This document shows positions 1-12,365 of a stretch of 45,546 bases of DNA, in pieces; the first letter of the stretch is position 1; each line of letters begins with the position of its first letter. The position numbers were made by a program, and so were the translations under genes. The notes beneath the pieces were generated by a model. That model did no database searches. It was not told the origin of the DNA and saw only the letters and a list, made by a program, of their open reading frames with translations. Origin of the DNA: Spirogloea muscicola (lineage: Eukaryota); contig WELB01000012.1 of assembly GCA_009602725.1 (NCBI GenBank), positions 170,252 through 215,797 of the forward strand, read 5' to 3'.

Positions 1-125
<125 letters not shown>

Positions 126-203
126 TGGCGGGCGCCCGGCGCGCCGTGAGCGCGCCGCCTCCTGCCACGGCGCCGTCGGCTTGGCTCTCGAGCCGGCGGC
201 CGC

Positions 204-3200
204 ATGGACCCCCCCTGGCACGCCCTGGGGTCCGTCGAGGACCTCCAGCGCTTCGGCCTCTCGCAGGACGCCGGCGCTGGCGGCCTCGCGCCCGACGACG
301 GCCCCGACCCGCTCATCGCGCACGAGCTCGTCCACGTCGGCGGCGAGTGGGGCGACGCTGCCCTCTGGGGTGGCTGCGAGCTCCTCTGCGACAGCACCAA
401 GCCGGCCGTCGGCGCCGGCGGCGTCGCCCTCCAGCTGCCCAAGCCGGAGCCGACGGACGCGCTGGCCGCCAACGGCTGTGGCGGCGGCGGCACTGGCAGC
501 GGCGAGCTGGAGGCTGGGCGTCCCTGGCAGCTCCAGCCACTGGCGACGGAGCAGTCAGCGGCCGGCGCATGGACGGATGGCGGTGGTGGTCTCAGCGGCG
601 GCGGCTGCGGCCCATTGCCATCGCTAGCGAAGGCTCCCTTGGCAGTGGAGGCGGTGGCAGGGCCCTCCAGTCCCTCCTTGTCCTCGCACACATTGTTGGA
701 GGAGCTGCAGCCGCTGCCGCCGCTGGCCTCCCCAGCCAGAGCACAGCAGCAACCCAGCAGCAGCGCCGTTGCGCGCGCGGCAGCGTTCCAGGAACTCGCG
801 GCGGCCGGCTGGCGCATGGAGGTCAAGGTGCGGCGGCATGGCACCAATGCGGGGCACAAGGACCACATATTCACATCACCGAGCGGCCAAGTGTTCCGGT
901 CGCTCACCTCTTCGTACGAAGCGCTGCGCTGCTCCGTGTCCGCGCACGCCATGCTCGACGGCGGCAGCGGCAGTCGGCGCTGGATGCCCTCCCTGTCGGG
1001 TCCCGCCAGGAAGCAGCCGGCATTGCAGGACGACTCGAGTGGAGCACATGCCGTTGGCGAGGAAGCCCGCCGGAAGAGGGAGGAGGGCTCACGGCGCAGC
1101 CGGCGGGAGCAGGCTCGCCAGCTGCGCGTGCGAGTTACGCCAGACTGCGAGCCGCCGCTGCCGTCGCCGCCGCCACTCGTGGCGCCGCCAGGTGGCAGCA
1201 GCGGCGGCAGCGGCGGTGGCCGGCGGTCCGTTCTGGCGCGGCTGCTGGATGCCGGCGTGGTGGAGGAGGGCGAGGGCGTGACATACATGTGCCGCAAGGA
1301 CGGGCGCGTGATGCTGGAGGGCCTGGCATTGCGTGATGGCATCCTCTGCGCCTGCGGCTGCAACCGCCACCTCTCCATGTCTGACTTTGAGGCGCACGCC
1401 GGCTCCAGCCTTCGCCGCCCTGCCGCCAACATCTTCCTCAGTCGAAGTGCGGCCTGATCCGAGCCTCCTTGTGTCATCGCCGCAGCTGGGCGTTCCATGG
1501 CTACCGCCATTGCCAGCCGATTGATCCGTGGCTGCGGCCGTCACAGGTGGGCGCTCGCTGGCGCAGTGCCAGCTGGAGGCGGGCGTGTCGTCGTGCGTGG
1601 CAGCGGCAGCAGTGCGGCCCGACGTGGCCGGTGGGGCCGCCGTCATGGACCTGATGCCGGGTTCCTGCTGCGACAACAGCGACGAGCTGTGCCGAATCTG
1701 TGGCGACGGAGGGGAGCTCATCTGCTGCGACGCCTGCCCCGCCACCTTCCACTTCAAGTGCATTGGCATCGAGGCGAGTTCTCATCACTGCCTCTGCTCC
1801 TGCTGCTACCGTCTTGCCCTTCTTGCACTCCTGGACTGACCCGCACAGGCAGGTGCCTGGTCACTGCTCTCAGCTTCTTCAGCTGATTTTGCTCCTGACA
1901 ACCCCCATCGCCATGCACAAAGCAGGAGGTACCTGATGGCGATTGGTTCTGCCCGTCATGCCGGTGCGCCATCTGTGGGGGATCCCAGTTTGACGCTTCA
2001 GGGTTCAGCGAAGCCACGGTACTCCTGTGCGACCAGTGCGAGCGCGAGTGTGAGCAACCACCGAGCTCCGATATCCTGTGGCCACCATGACACAGGGTTT
2101 CTTGGCCCTGTACAGGCTACCATACTGGTGCACTCTCCTCCTGCCATTGCTAACCCTGATGCTCATTATTCGCCTCATGCCGGGTGCTGCAGATCACGTA
2201 TCGTGCGTCCAGGGGCAGGGCAAGCAGGACCTCGAGCAGCTGCCCAAGGGAAGCTGGTTCTGCAGCCAGTCATGCAAGCAGGTCTGCCTGTGCGCTGTCC
2301 TCCTCCCTCATCGTCAACCCCCTTCTCAGATTTCCAGCCGAAATTGCCGCTGACTTTGTCGACATCTGTGTCGCAATTGCTGCAGATCAACTGCGTGCTG
2401 AGGAAGCTGGTGGGCCAGCCACAGCAGCTGGGCAGCAGCCTTTCCTGGACGCTGCTGCACTGCAGCGACGGGGATCACGAGCACGGTGGCCGGGGAGGCA
2501 ACCGGCAGCTGCAGGCTGCACTCGCGGTGATGCAGGAGTGCTTCCACCCCATCCGCGACTTGCGCACGCAGGAGGACCTTATCCCCCTCATAGTCTTCAA
2601 CCGCAGGCGAGTGACTGATGGGAGCTTATGTTCCTGCCACCATCTCTTGTGGCCGCACAGCAGGTCACTGTCCCAAGAGTTGTTGCTGTTTACGATTGGA
2701 GAACGCCGTTACTGTAGGAGAACGCCAGGCTGTTGCATGACAGATATGCAGTGGTGTTCTCCGGTTGCTGATCTTGCTGAGCACATGCAGGCGGCCATAC
2801 ACCGACTTCGCGGGTTTTTACACACTCCTCCTGGAACGCGATGGCGAGCTCGCCACAGCTGCCACAGTCAGGTAGCTGACGCACGTGCCACGGAGACAAG
2901 GGAGGCTGAAGCTTGCCACCATGGACTCTGCGTTGCCCTTGCAGGGCCAGAACGAGCAAGCGGGGCTCCAGGCTCCGCAAACAGCATACGCATTGCATAA
3001 CCTCCAGACAGCACTGTCTTCTGGCTGGGTCCCCTACTTGAATAAACCAGCCTGGCATCGTATCACTTTCTGACTTCCTGTTGCGCATCTCCTTTGTGTG
3101 CAGAGTATTTGGAGCTCGGCTTGCAGAGATGCCCCTCATTGGTACACGCTTTGCTTTCCGCAGGCAGGGCATGTGCCGCTGGCTGATGATGGCCCTGGAG

Positions 3201-4390
3201 AACGTGAGTGCTCTTGTCAGCACGTCTGTAGCAGTCAGCACTGCTCCATCGTGACGAGAAAATGAGCAAGTTCACTGCACTGACGAGACATTGAGCCAGC
3301 AACAGATGCTTCATAACGGCGTCTGACCATCGACGCCCTCAATGACCAGTCTTTGTGTAAGTCTGCGGCAGCTCTTAGGAGTGCTGGGCGTGGAGAAGCT
3401 GGTGCTGCCGGCAGTTCCAGGCCTGGGTGACACGTGGACAAGCGCCTTCGGTTTCCGCACCATGGCAGAGAGCGAGATGCGGCTACTTGCGGAGCTTGGC
3501 ATCCTCGTCTTTCCTGGCACGACCACTCTCGAAAAGCTGGTCCAGCCCTTGCCGTGCAGGATGTTGAACATGGCAGAGATCCTCTTGCCACCCAATGGTA
3601 GGAGCTATCTTAACGCCTGAATGCTCTTCTCAGTAACAGCTCCTTCAGATATCTAGTAGCTGCAAGCTTTCTCATAAATTTAAAAGTAAGCTTCACCATA
3701 TGAGCGTGTGAGGAGCAGTGGCTATGATCCTGGCTATAGTCACACCCTACTTATGTCGCCCTGAGCTTTCTATGTGCATCAGGAACTTTTGACCAGGCAA
3801 GCTGTGAGGGCGGCGGTCACAGCTTAGAACGAAATGGGTGCAACGTCGAGGACACCCAGCAGCTAGGCAGAAAACAGGCGCTCAAGACGTGGTCGAGAGC
3901 CGGGAGGGCGGGCAGCGTGCTGGGACATGACGACCTGTGCTCTCTGCAGCCTTTACTGGTCGGGCTGGAGGCTGTGGCCGAGACGCCACTGCTGGCACTA
4001 GCGAGCCATTTCGTCAGTGTCAACAACGGCGATGATGGGAGTGACCGCGACTGGAAGCCAGACTTCCACGCCTCCGCAGTGGACATGAGCTGTGGGCTCC
4101 AGTACCAGCAGGAGAGCATCCCACCAAACTTGGACTTTGCCTGCGGTGCACCGCTGCCACCGTCGTCGCCGTCCTTGGTAGGAGCCTCTATCAGCGGCAA
4201 GTCCCCCACCAGAATCAAGTTCAAGTGGAGCAGTTTAGAGAGCCCACTTGCGTCAACAGCAGGCGAGCGCGCTAGCTGGCAGGCGCTGGCCAGCCCCAGC
4301 CCCGGGGGACGGCTCAAACGGTCATCAGATGACATTGAGATCTACGCAGAGGCCAGCGTGGTTGTAGGCACGACACGCTCTCACAGACAG
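204..4390 (+). CDS. IDM1: IDM1/ROS4-like histone acetyltransferase (MBD-like, Tify/Jas-binding, tandem PHD fingers, GNAT); probably continues into the PLATZ exons
   Basis: Exons 204-1446, 1547-1773, 1926-2049, 2193-2281, 2386-2606, 2791-2871, 3104-3203, 3372-3597, 3783-4390 join in frame. Motifs: [28 protein letters not shown] (MBD-like), [139 protein letters not shown]. An unspliced stop is also possible at 3620 or 4426. Confidence 0.9.
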
Positions 4391-4573
4391 GTCTGGCCTC
4401 AGAGCTTACTGACTGCTTGTTATTGACATCTCTGTGAAGAATGCGTGCCTCCAAAAAAGGGTTGAGTACCTGCATATCTGGAAGCAGCTACTCATGGGTT
4501 GCACATCTGCATGTTTGGTAATAGCTACTCTATTGCTCTCCACCCCCTTCTAACTTGTGATAGCTACTGGCAG

Positions 4574-4585
4574 GGTGTGGCAGAG
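4574..4585 (+). CDS. putative 12-nt microexon (G-V-A-E) linking the IDM1-like and PLATZ exons
   Basis: CTAAC branch site and GGCAG acceptor at 4573, strong GAG|GTGAGC donor at 4586, phase 0 on both sides. Confidence 0.55.
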
Positions 4586-4732
4586 GTGAGCTTGGCAGTC
4601 ACATATCCATAAGATTCAGAGAGTGTGCATTTGCAATTCCAGATGGCCCTTCAGTCAAGAGTCCAGATTGATGGGGGCAAGTCAGCCTGGAGGTACTGAT
4701 AGCCCCTCATTCCCGAATGTGTGCGTGACCAG

Positions 4733-6743
4733 GTCAAGCAGTCAAAGTGGGTGGCGGCAGCCATGAAGGAGCTTGTGAGGCAGACCCCCAAGCCCAAGGA
4801 GGCCAACTCGCCGCCGTCAGCAGGCTGGGAGGATGTTGCAAGCCCCACACCAGATACACTTTCATCCCCCACAAATGACAGCCCTCCACTGGGCAAGGTC
4901 CACAGCGCCCCAGCTCGCGCAGGGAAGCCGTTCAAGCGCATAAAGCTGAAACTACTCTCTGCATCTGGAGGAGTACCACAGACAGCTTCAGTGTCAAGCG
5001 TCTCCAGCAGAGACGCCAAGGTGCTGGCGGGCAAAGGGAAGCAAGGACGAGAGCGGGAGTCCCGGAGGGCGGGTGAGCCACTGCATCCCGAGGGCCTGGA
5101 GTGGGAGCCCCGCAAGGGCAGGGTCAAGATACCTGGCCAGCCGGAGGTAAGTCCCACAGCAACTGCAACTCCAACTCCAGGCAAGGTCACCATCGTCGAC
5201 GAGGACGCCAGCCAAGAGCAGTGTGCCAGGACGGAGGGAGCCAGCGCTCTGCAAATGGCCAGGCTCAGGAAGGCCGAGGGGCCCCAGTGCAGCAGGGTGT
5301 CCAAGCTCAAGATATCTCCACACGTGAGGTCGGAACAAGGTGCTGGGCTGGTTGAGATAAGGGCGGAGGCGGAAGATGAGGCGCCAGCATCGCCTGGCTG
5401 GGCAAAGGGGCCGGAGTGGCTGCATGCCCTCCTGGAAGCCCATTTCTGGGGCGTGTGTCCGGAGCATGCCCTCCTGGAGAGGAAGGGCAAGCCAGAGCGT
5501 AATCGGTTCTGCATTGACTGCTCCATGTCGCCCCCTCAGCGCCCACCCGAGTCGCTATCATTCTGCAGCACTTGCCTGAGCGAGCACCATGCAGACCACA
5601 GTGTGCTTCAGGTGATTGTGCCGACCCAGTCGTAGGAGGCTGATGAGAGGAGTGTCCGAGTACAGTACAAAATCCGTCCAATCCCAGCATCTCAAGTCTT
5701 GCCAATGCTTACGTCTGGCAACTTTACTCATGCGCTCCCGCTTCTAGTGGTCATCGGTCCTTCCCCTGTGTAGTACTTATGCAATCTAATAGATTGTTGT
5801 CCCACTCCTTGTCCTGGCCAGATCCGCAGAGCCTCCTACAGAGACGTCGTGAAGGTGGCCGACATTGCCCCTCTTCTCGACATCAGCACCGTACAAGTCT
5901 ACACGATCAACAGTGCCAGAGTAGTATTCCTGACGCCTCGGGAGGAGCAGAAGCTCACCAAGGGGGTCACCATCTTCTGCGAGTCGTGCAGTCGAGGACT
6001 CCTCAATGCATTTCGCTTTTGCTCCATTGGGTGCAAGGTCAATCAGGCTCACCCTACTTACCAATATGTCAGCATTTCTTGCAAGTCCTTCACATTGAAG
6101 TAGTAGAAGCTCAGTGGTAGGTGCAGCAGTCATGGTTAGCTACTTGCTGCTGTTGAGTTGTCATGTGGCTTAAGTGATTAGCTGCTGATGTGGTATGGGT
6201 CACAAGGGTCCTAGACACTCGGAGCATGAGCTATTTGTTGGACCACTTATGCAGGTCGCTGGCATCATGCGGGAGGGGCCTGGCAGCTGCCTGACCATGC
6301 AGCCAGCTGGTGTACCGAAGAGCAGCTTGGCTGGCGCAGTACGCAAGCCCATGGCAGCACCTTCTTCGCCAGTTGTACTTGTAAGCATTGACTCACCGCA
6401 GCAGCACCAGCCAATGAGCTCCACAGAGCCAGTGTCAACTCCAGGGGCCGGGGAAGCACTGCAGGCACCTTGCACTGTCTCTGGGACGAGGGAGGTGCAT
6501 GTTGAACTCGTCGCTGAGAAGGACGAAGATGGAGCTTTCGATGCTCCCCCTTCTGAGCAAGCGGAGCAGTCATGGAAATCAAGAAGTGACTCAAAGAAGA
6601 GAATGGCTGAGGCCACTGTAAACAAGTCCGGCAAGTGTGCAGGCTTGACGGTGTTTACAGGCAGGAATGGTTACCACTGCAGCCAGCCGGACGAGGATGG
6701 AGGCCCGCGCCTTCAGCAGGGACGCTTGGAGTGTGGTGCCTAG
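4733..6743 (+). CDS. PLATZ zinc-binding transcription factor domain (likely C-terminal part of the IDM1-like gene)
   Basis: Exons 4733-5611, 5822-6037, 6255-6743. PEWLHALL..FWGVCPEH..ERNRFCIDC..FCSTCL..HADHSVLQ|IRRASYRDVVKV.DI..LLDISTVQVYTINSARVVFL..CESCSRGL...FRFCSIGCK|V is the canonical PLATZ signature. The 3' end is less certain. Confidence 0.9.
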
Positions 6744-7644
6744 GGCCTGACTTGTCAATTGTGTTGATATTTGCCATAACTGGAGCAGAGCGGCTATCAG
6801 GCCTTTTGAGCGTGCGCCACACCCTGCGAAGGTTGGACAGCCGCCTTTGCATGACCTTGAGAGCCTGTTCGCCCATTTTGCAATGCCAAGGACTGGCACA
6901 TTTGCTGGTACCTTTGGACTACTGCTGACTCTCTGTGAAATTTTTTGGACCGTCTTGCTCCCAAGGCCCTGGGCCAGGCAGAGAGCTCGAGCAGAGAAGG
7001 CGTGAGCCGCTGGCAGTAGCAGCATTGCAGGCATGTGTGCTCGATTGATGGCAAGCAGAGGGATTGGGAGAGCCTGCATGCGTAGCCTGGCCACGGGCTG
7101 CCTGAGCTGATGCTCTGATTGGTGTTCTGCGCCACTAGCAGTAGCAGCTACAGACTGGGTCACCATGGCTAACATCACCAGCGGGGCCAAGTTTAGCCGC
7201 CGCTTGCCCCGCCACCCTTGGTGGTGCTGGCGACTCTAAATCTGACAAGTAGGCCAACCTCTGCCTTGGGCAGAGTAGCAGGAAACAGATGAACAGAGCC
7301 GGTTCCTGGAACTGGTCACCGCCTTGGCAAGGCTTTCCTCATCTCGTGCTCAAAGCATAAAGCTTGAAATGCACTCTCCCATACCTCCTTCCTGGCTGTG
7401 CCCTTGCTTCATGGCCACTCCTGTGGCATACGCTTAGGGATTTCTCAACGGGGCCTTCTCATCAGGACTCTCGGTTCACTATGAACCCCCTCACATCTCT
7501 AATTTGGTAGCAATTGCTGGTAAGAGCATGCCACTGTGAAGGCCGGCCATGAGATCGCAGACAGATTGGCAGAGGGTGCTCCTAGACTGATAGAGCCTGA
7601 GGCGTGGGGGGGTACTCTTGCTTCAGCAAGCTTTGTACTATCCG

Positions 7645-7760
7645 ACTTGCATCTACTGACTAGAGGTTACTGAAAGTCCCCTTTGCTGCTTTCCGCCTGC
7701 TAGCTACTCAGATTTGCATCTACTGACGAGAGGTTACTGAGAGTTCGCTTACTGCTGTCT
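7645..7760 (+). repeat. local direct repeat, about 45 bp x2
   Basis: TTGCATCTACTGAC(T/-)(A/G)AGAGGTTACTGA at about 7647 and 7714. Confidence 0.75.
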
Positions 7761-7779
7761 CAGTCCTTTGCACTCCGAC

Positions 7780-7953
7780 TCCTTCAGACCTTGTCCATTC
7801 TTTTGGGCTGGCCTCTCCCAGCCACTAGTTAATCTGGCCGCGCTTGCTTCCTTCTTTGCTGCTGTCTTGGTACTTAGCAATCTCGGCTCCTTCAGTCCTT
7901 GTCCATACCTTTGGGCTGGCCTCTCCCAGCCACCAGTCAATCTAGCCGCGCTT
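7780..7953 (+). repeat. two copies of dispersed repeat family B
   Basis: CTCCTTCAG.CCTTGTCCAT...TTTGGGCTGGCCTCTCCCAGCCAC.AGT.AATCT.GCCGCGCTT at about 7780 and 7887. Confidence 0.85.
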
Positions 7954-8088
7954 TTCTACCTTCGTACTATGAGCTACTGTGGGCGAGGCAGGCTTTCTCG
8001 CGGCCCCGAGGTCTCCCCCTCCCGACTTGCCGGCACGCAGCTGGCTCGCCGCGGCGCGCTGCCGAGCTCCGCGCCGCCGGGCGCGGCC

Positions 8089-9302
8089 ATGGCCGCCTCG
8101 GACGCGGCCCCGCCGAGCCGCGCCTCTGCCGGCACCATGTCCGCCGCCGCGCCCGTCGCGTGGCGCGGGCAGGTGGGCCTCTTGCTAACTCGCGCGCTCC
8201 TCTCCCACTGCATCGCCGGCGCCGCACTAGGCCCGCCCGGTGCTGCCGGGGCCGACCCAGAGCCGCGCCACAGTGGACCCGTGGACTGCGGCGGAAGCTT
8301 GACGGCGGCGGCATTGACGCCGACACCCCGCTCCGCGCGCGCAGCTCGTAGCGAGCGGGCCGGCGGAGGTGGAGGTGGTGGTGGAGGTGCCAGCCGGGAG
8401 CTTTGTGAAGCGGCGGGCCGGCGGCGCCGTCGACTTCGTCGCGCCGCTGCCCTGCCCCTTCAACTACGGCTCCGTGCCGGGCGTTCTCGCGCCAGACGGT
8501 GGGCCGCCATGCTTCCTGCCAGCCAAGTCGCACGGCGCTGAGCCTGTGATGGCAAGATGGTGTTGTGCTTGTCAGCCTGAACGGAAGGGAACAAGAATCT
8601 GCAAGCTGACAGCATGCGCTTGGCTGGTTCCAGAAGCTGCCGATGTCATAGACTCAGTCATTCTGGCCATCTCCTTGCGTGTCAGCAGACCGTCAGCTGG
8701 ATGCTTGTCAGGCCCTCATGATGTCCTGTCACCACCAACACTGAGGCATGACCCGCTTGGCGTACGGCTGCAGGCGACAACCTGGACGCGGTTGTCCTGG
8801 GACCGTGCTTGCCGTACGGGTCCAGGGGAGTCTGGCCTGTGCTGGGCATTGTCAAATTTTTTGACAATGGAGACGTTGATGATAAGCTGATCTGCATCCA
8901 GCCCCGTAGCAGGTCCCTGCACCACAGTCACCTTGCACCTGCGATTGTGAAGTTCATCATCTCGCACAAGGAAGATCCACAAAGTCTAAGTGATTGCCTA
9001 TGAACGTCTGCAGGGTGACGTGCCAAGCTGGTTCAAATGTGGGCCCCCCGTTTTGCCAAACAGCTCCTATTTGCGTGGCACTGTCTTCCACTTCACCAGA
9101 GGGGCATGTAGCCAGGCAGCACTCGCCTCCTTCCATAGCAGAAGGCAGAGACGATGACTTGACTCTTGCCGATTGGTTACTTGTCTCAGCATTCTTCAGG
9201 ACATATGCAGTCCTGAAGGGTGCATTGAATCTTGTACGAGGAAAGCATGGGCGGACAGCATTTGACGGCTGGCAATATGTCTCATCAAGGACTACTCAGT
9301 AA
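8089..9302 (+). CDS. short family I soluble inorganic pyrophosphatase-like protein
   Basis: Exons about 8089-8172, 8345-8498, 8774-~8905/8912, ~9139-9302. VEVPAGSFVKR..VDFVAPLPCPFNYGSVP..PDGDNLDAVVL..FFDNGDVDDKLI..FFRTY: DGDxLD, PxNYG and DxK motifs of PF00719. Confidence 0.85.
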
Positions 9303-10025
9303 GCTGTTTATTATGCTGCCCTCATAAGATATCACGAGAGGAGTCACATCATGACCGCAGTGTTGTGTCTTTTTGGCGAGCCTGGTCATCGTTTTTTTGA
9401 AGCTACACATACACAAGCTGCTGCCTAGCCTTGCTGCTTTAAGCAGCATCCACCATCATTTCCGGATAAACAGATCATGGGAGGTGTTTGCGTTCTGATA
9501 CTAGCAGCTTACAAGCTGAGCTGATTATCTCGAGGTTTTGGTGACCGAGTTGTTCTATACAGCATACAAGGTAGTGATGCTCGGTGGACCATGTATGCTC
9601 AGTACAAGCCTCAGAGTATCCAAGAAGCAAGTGTCTTGGTGGTCATAGCCTTGCGGAGGAAAGAGCAACCAAAGCTTTGAAGAAGACCCCATGCCTTGAA
9701 GGAGTCGGGGATTGATTTCTATATCTCGTCCATTGAGCAGGTGTAAGCCAGCGCATGAGGGGGATGCCTGTGATAACTTGTTATCTGTTTTTCCACAGGA
9801 AAGACAAGTCTTGATTACTTGTACTTGTGACAACGCTAAGGAACTGATGTCATCCGGGGTCATGCATGCTTCAGTACGGACCTGTCAAGCGGCTGTAACT
9901 GAAGGCCACCTCATAATTCGCTGGGCAAGTTGGCAAGCGTCTGAAGGCCAGATTGTTACATGTGCTTGCAGAAAAAAGGCGAAGTATGTACGTAAATAGC
10001 AATACGTAGCTGTATGTACTGAGCT

Positions 10026-11211
10026 CTAGTAAAGCAGTGAAGCCCAAGCTGGCCACTGGACGGTCTCTATCCATCCAGCTTCCCGTGCTTCTAACAGAGA
10101 GATCATGGGGCTCTCACGCTGCTCCGCTTCAGATGAGCAACTTAGTGAGAGAAAGTCCGTGGGCTCCAGGCAAGTCGGAGCTGGCGAGCTATGAGCCATA
10201 CCATGCTGCAAAGAACGACATGGATGGCCTCCAGGCCTCCATATGTGCAAAGGTGCTGGGGGGCTCTGGCTAGACGTGTTGCTGAGACTTCCTGCTGGAC
10301 TGGGCGACCTCTCCCAGCAGTCGATCTGTTCTGGCATCAGGTACCCCTCAAGGCTTTGCAATGTTGGCGCGTGCATGACGTTGCTCAAGCAGGTCGGAAG
10401 TGTTGCTGTTGTTGTAATGTAAGCTGGGTCGTCTTCTTTCCCCTCTTCAAAGGCTGACCTGCGCAGTCTCTTGAGAGGTGGAAGGACGTCGGCAGGCTCC
10501 AGGTTTCCTGTCAAAGCCTGGCTGCTAGTCGAGCAGATTGAGGAGGTTGCGCTCGCAATACTGGAGCTGGCGGCCTTGGCGAGCGTGCTTAGAAGGGCGT
10601 GCTCTGGGTACACTGGGAGCCCTGCCCGGCTTCGCCTCTTGAGGCGGGTGTTCCAGAAATTCTTGATCTCGTTATCAGTGCGCCCCGGCAGGTACGCTGC
10701 CATGTTGGCCCACTTGTTGCCGAGCGTCGTATGCAGCAGCACGACAAGCGCTTCCTCCTCAGCTGTGAACGAGCCCTTCCTCAGGTCTGGCCGTAAGTGA
10801 TTGGCCCATCGAAGGCGGCAGCTTTTTCCGCACCTCCGTAGGCCTGTCCTTTTCTCGACAACGTTCCACTTACCCTCACCATGCTGCACAGGCGGACGTC
10901 TCCAGGTGAGCGTCGACTTGGTCGCACAGTGGCCAGCCAGCTTGCAGAGAAACAGCATGAAGCAGCAAAGAGGCCTTCTTGTACAGAGGAGCCTATCTCA
11001 GACCCTTTGCACGATCTGCTTCCACGCCTCAACTCAGGAGATGATCGTCACTGGTTGTTGAGAATACCTCTGTGACGTAGGCAAAAAGTATGGCATCCTC
11101 TTCGGCCGTCCAAGGCCCTTTCTTAAAGCCCACTCCTTCCCAGCCCAAGGATGCAGTGCCTGAAGCCTCGTCTCCGGCAGAGAGGCTTGGCTCGCTTGTG
11201 GTGTAGGACAT
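10026..11211 (-). CDS. R2R3-MYB transcription factor, GAMYB-like
   Basis: Exons 11211-11068 and 10883-10026. [79 protein letters not shown], followed by the GAMYB box-1-like RAGLPVYP. A 5'UTR intron is probable. Confidence 0.92.
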
Positions 11212-12365
11212 CCTCGCGGCTGCGCAGGGTGCAGCATGGCCATGTCAGCGGCGGCACTTGTCTGCTGCTGCGGCAGTGGGGCAGTCAGCTAGGAGGGAGC
11301 ATCAAGCGGTCGAGCTCGAGGGCAGCCATGTCGAGGTGCGAGCAGACGCGTCCACGCCGGGAGCTCGCATACTCGGTGGGCCGCCTCACGTTGGGTCGCC
11401 GGCAGCGCAACTTCCGCGGGAGTGCCGTGAAGCTACACTCCGCCCCCGCGGCTATCTGGCGCGGGCTCCGACGTGGTCTGATGGAGCAAGCCAGTCGGCG
11501 GCAGCGGCGGCGGTGCGGCACGCCGGAGGGGCGGGCGCGGGGGGCGGAGGGCTGTGCGGCGGCGCCTAGGCCTGGCCGGCCTCGGCGGGCGAGGAGGAGG
11601 AGGAGGAGGATGGGGAGGGGCTGTTACGCCTGGGGCAGGGCGCCGGGGACGAGGACGCCGACGGGGGGTGGGGTGGGACGGGGCCTCGGAGGTGGGGGGG
11701 GGGTGAGCTTCTGGCGCACGTGGGGCCCGGCGGGAAGCGCGGCGCGCCTCGCGGCGGGGCGGCCGCCCGCCCCGCCGCTCGGGCTTCCCCAGTCGCCGGA
11801 GCCCAACTCCCTCGAACATGTCAATCATTGGAATTTCCAACTAATTGGTAATTACGGGCTTGCTTTCCACAGCCCTCGCGCCCGTCAGCAGAGCCACTTC
11901 TTCCCTGACCCCACCGGCCGGGGTACCCCCCACCCCCACTTCCCGGCGCGCCGTTTCGGGCCACCCACGCGGCGGCTCAGATGGTAGCACAAGGCGTCGA
12001 TCCGCCGTCGGCGGGCCACGACGGCTGCCGCAAAGGCCCCGCGGGCCCCGGACGTCCTGTTCGCGCTCTCGATTGCTCGCGCCGTCCAGATCCGTCCGCT
12101 GTGGAGCGAAGCCTTGGCTCGTCGGCGGCAAAGCCTTCGCCCCCTTCGGAAGAGCTGCTTCTTTTGCTTTTTCGAGCGGTGTGCTGAGGCCTGGACGGAT
12201 GAGGGGCGCCCCACCAGGCATGGCCCGCCCTTAGCTTAGTCCCATGGCGTCGAGAACCCAAGTGTATAGACGGCTGGCTCCTCAGATGGGCCAGGGCAGT
12301 GCACGGCCAACGCTGGGGCCGCACCAGTGGCACTCTTTGCCTTCAATTGCAAGTGCGTGAGCCAT

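Noticed and set aside
1936..3000. 354-aa ORF as a single exon
   Set aside because: Only 2386-2606 is in the conserved frame; the rest is intron or out-of-frame exon.
4651..5526. 291-aa minus-strand ORF
   Set aside because: Antisense shadow of the PLATZ exon with no motif.
6750..7250. Extra PLATZ 3' exons
   Set aside because: Splice-like signals exist but there is no conserved peptide (no RRKG.P.R.P tail); cannot be supported.
11151..11987. 278-aa plus-strand ORF
   Set aside because: Low-complexity translation of the GC-rich MYB promoter/5'UTR island.
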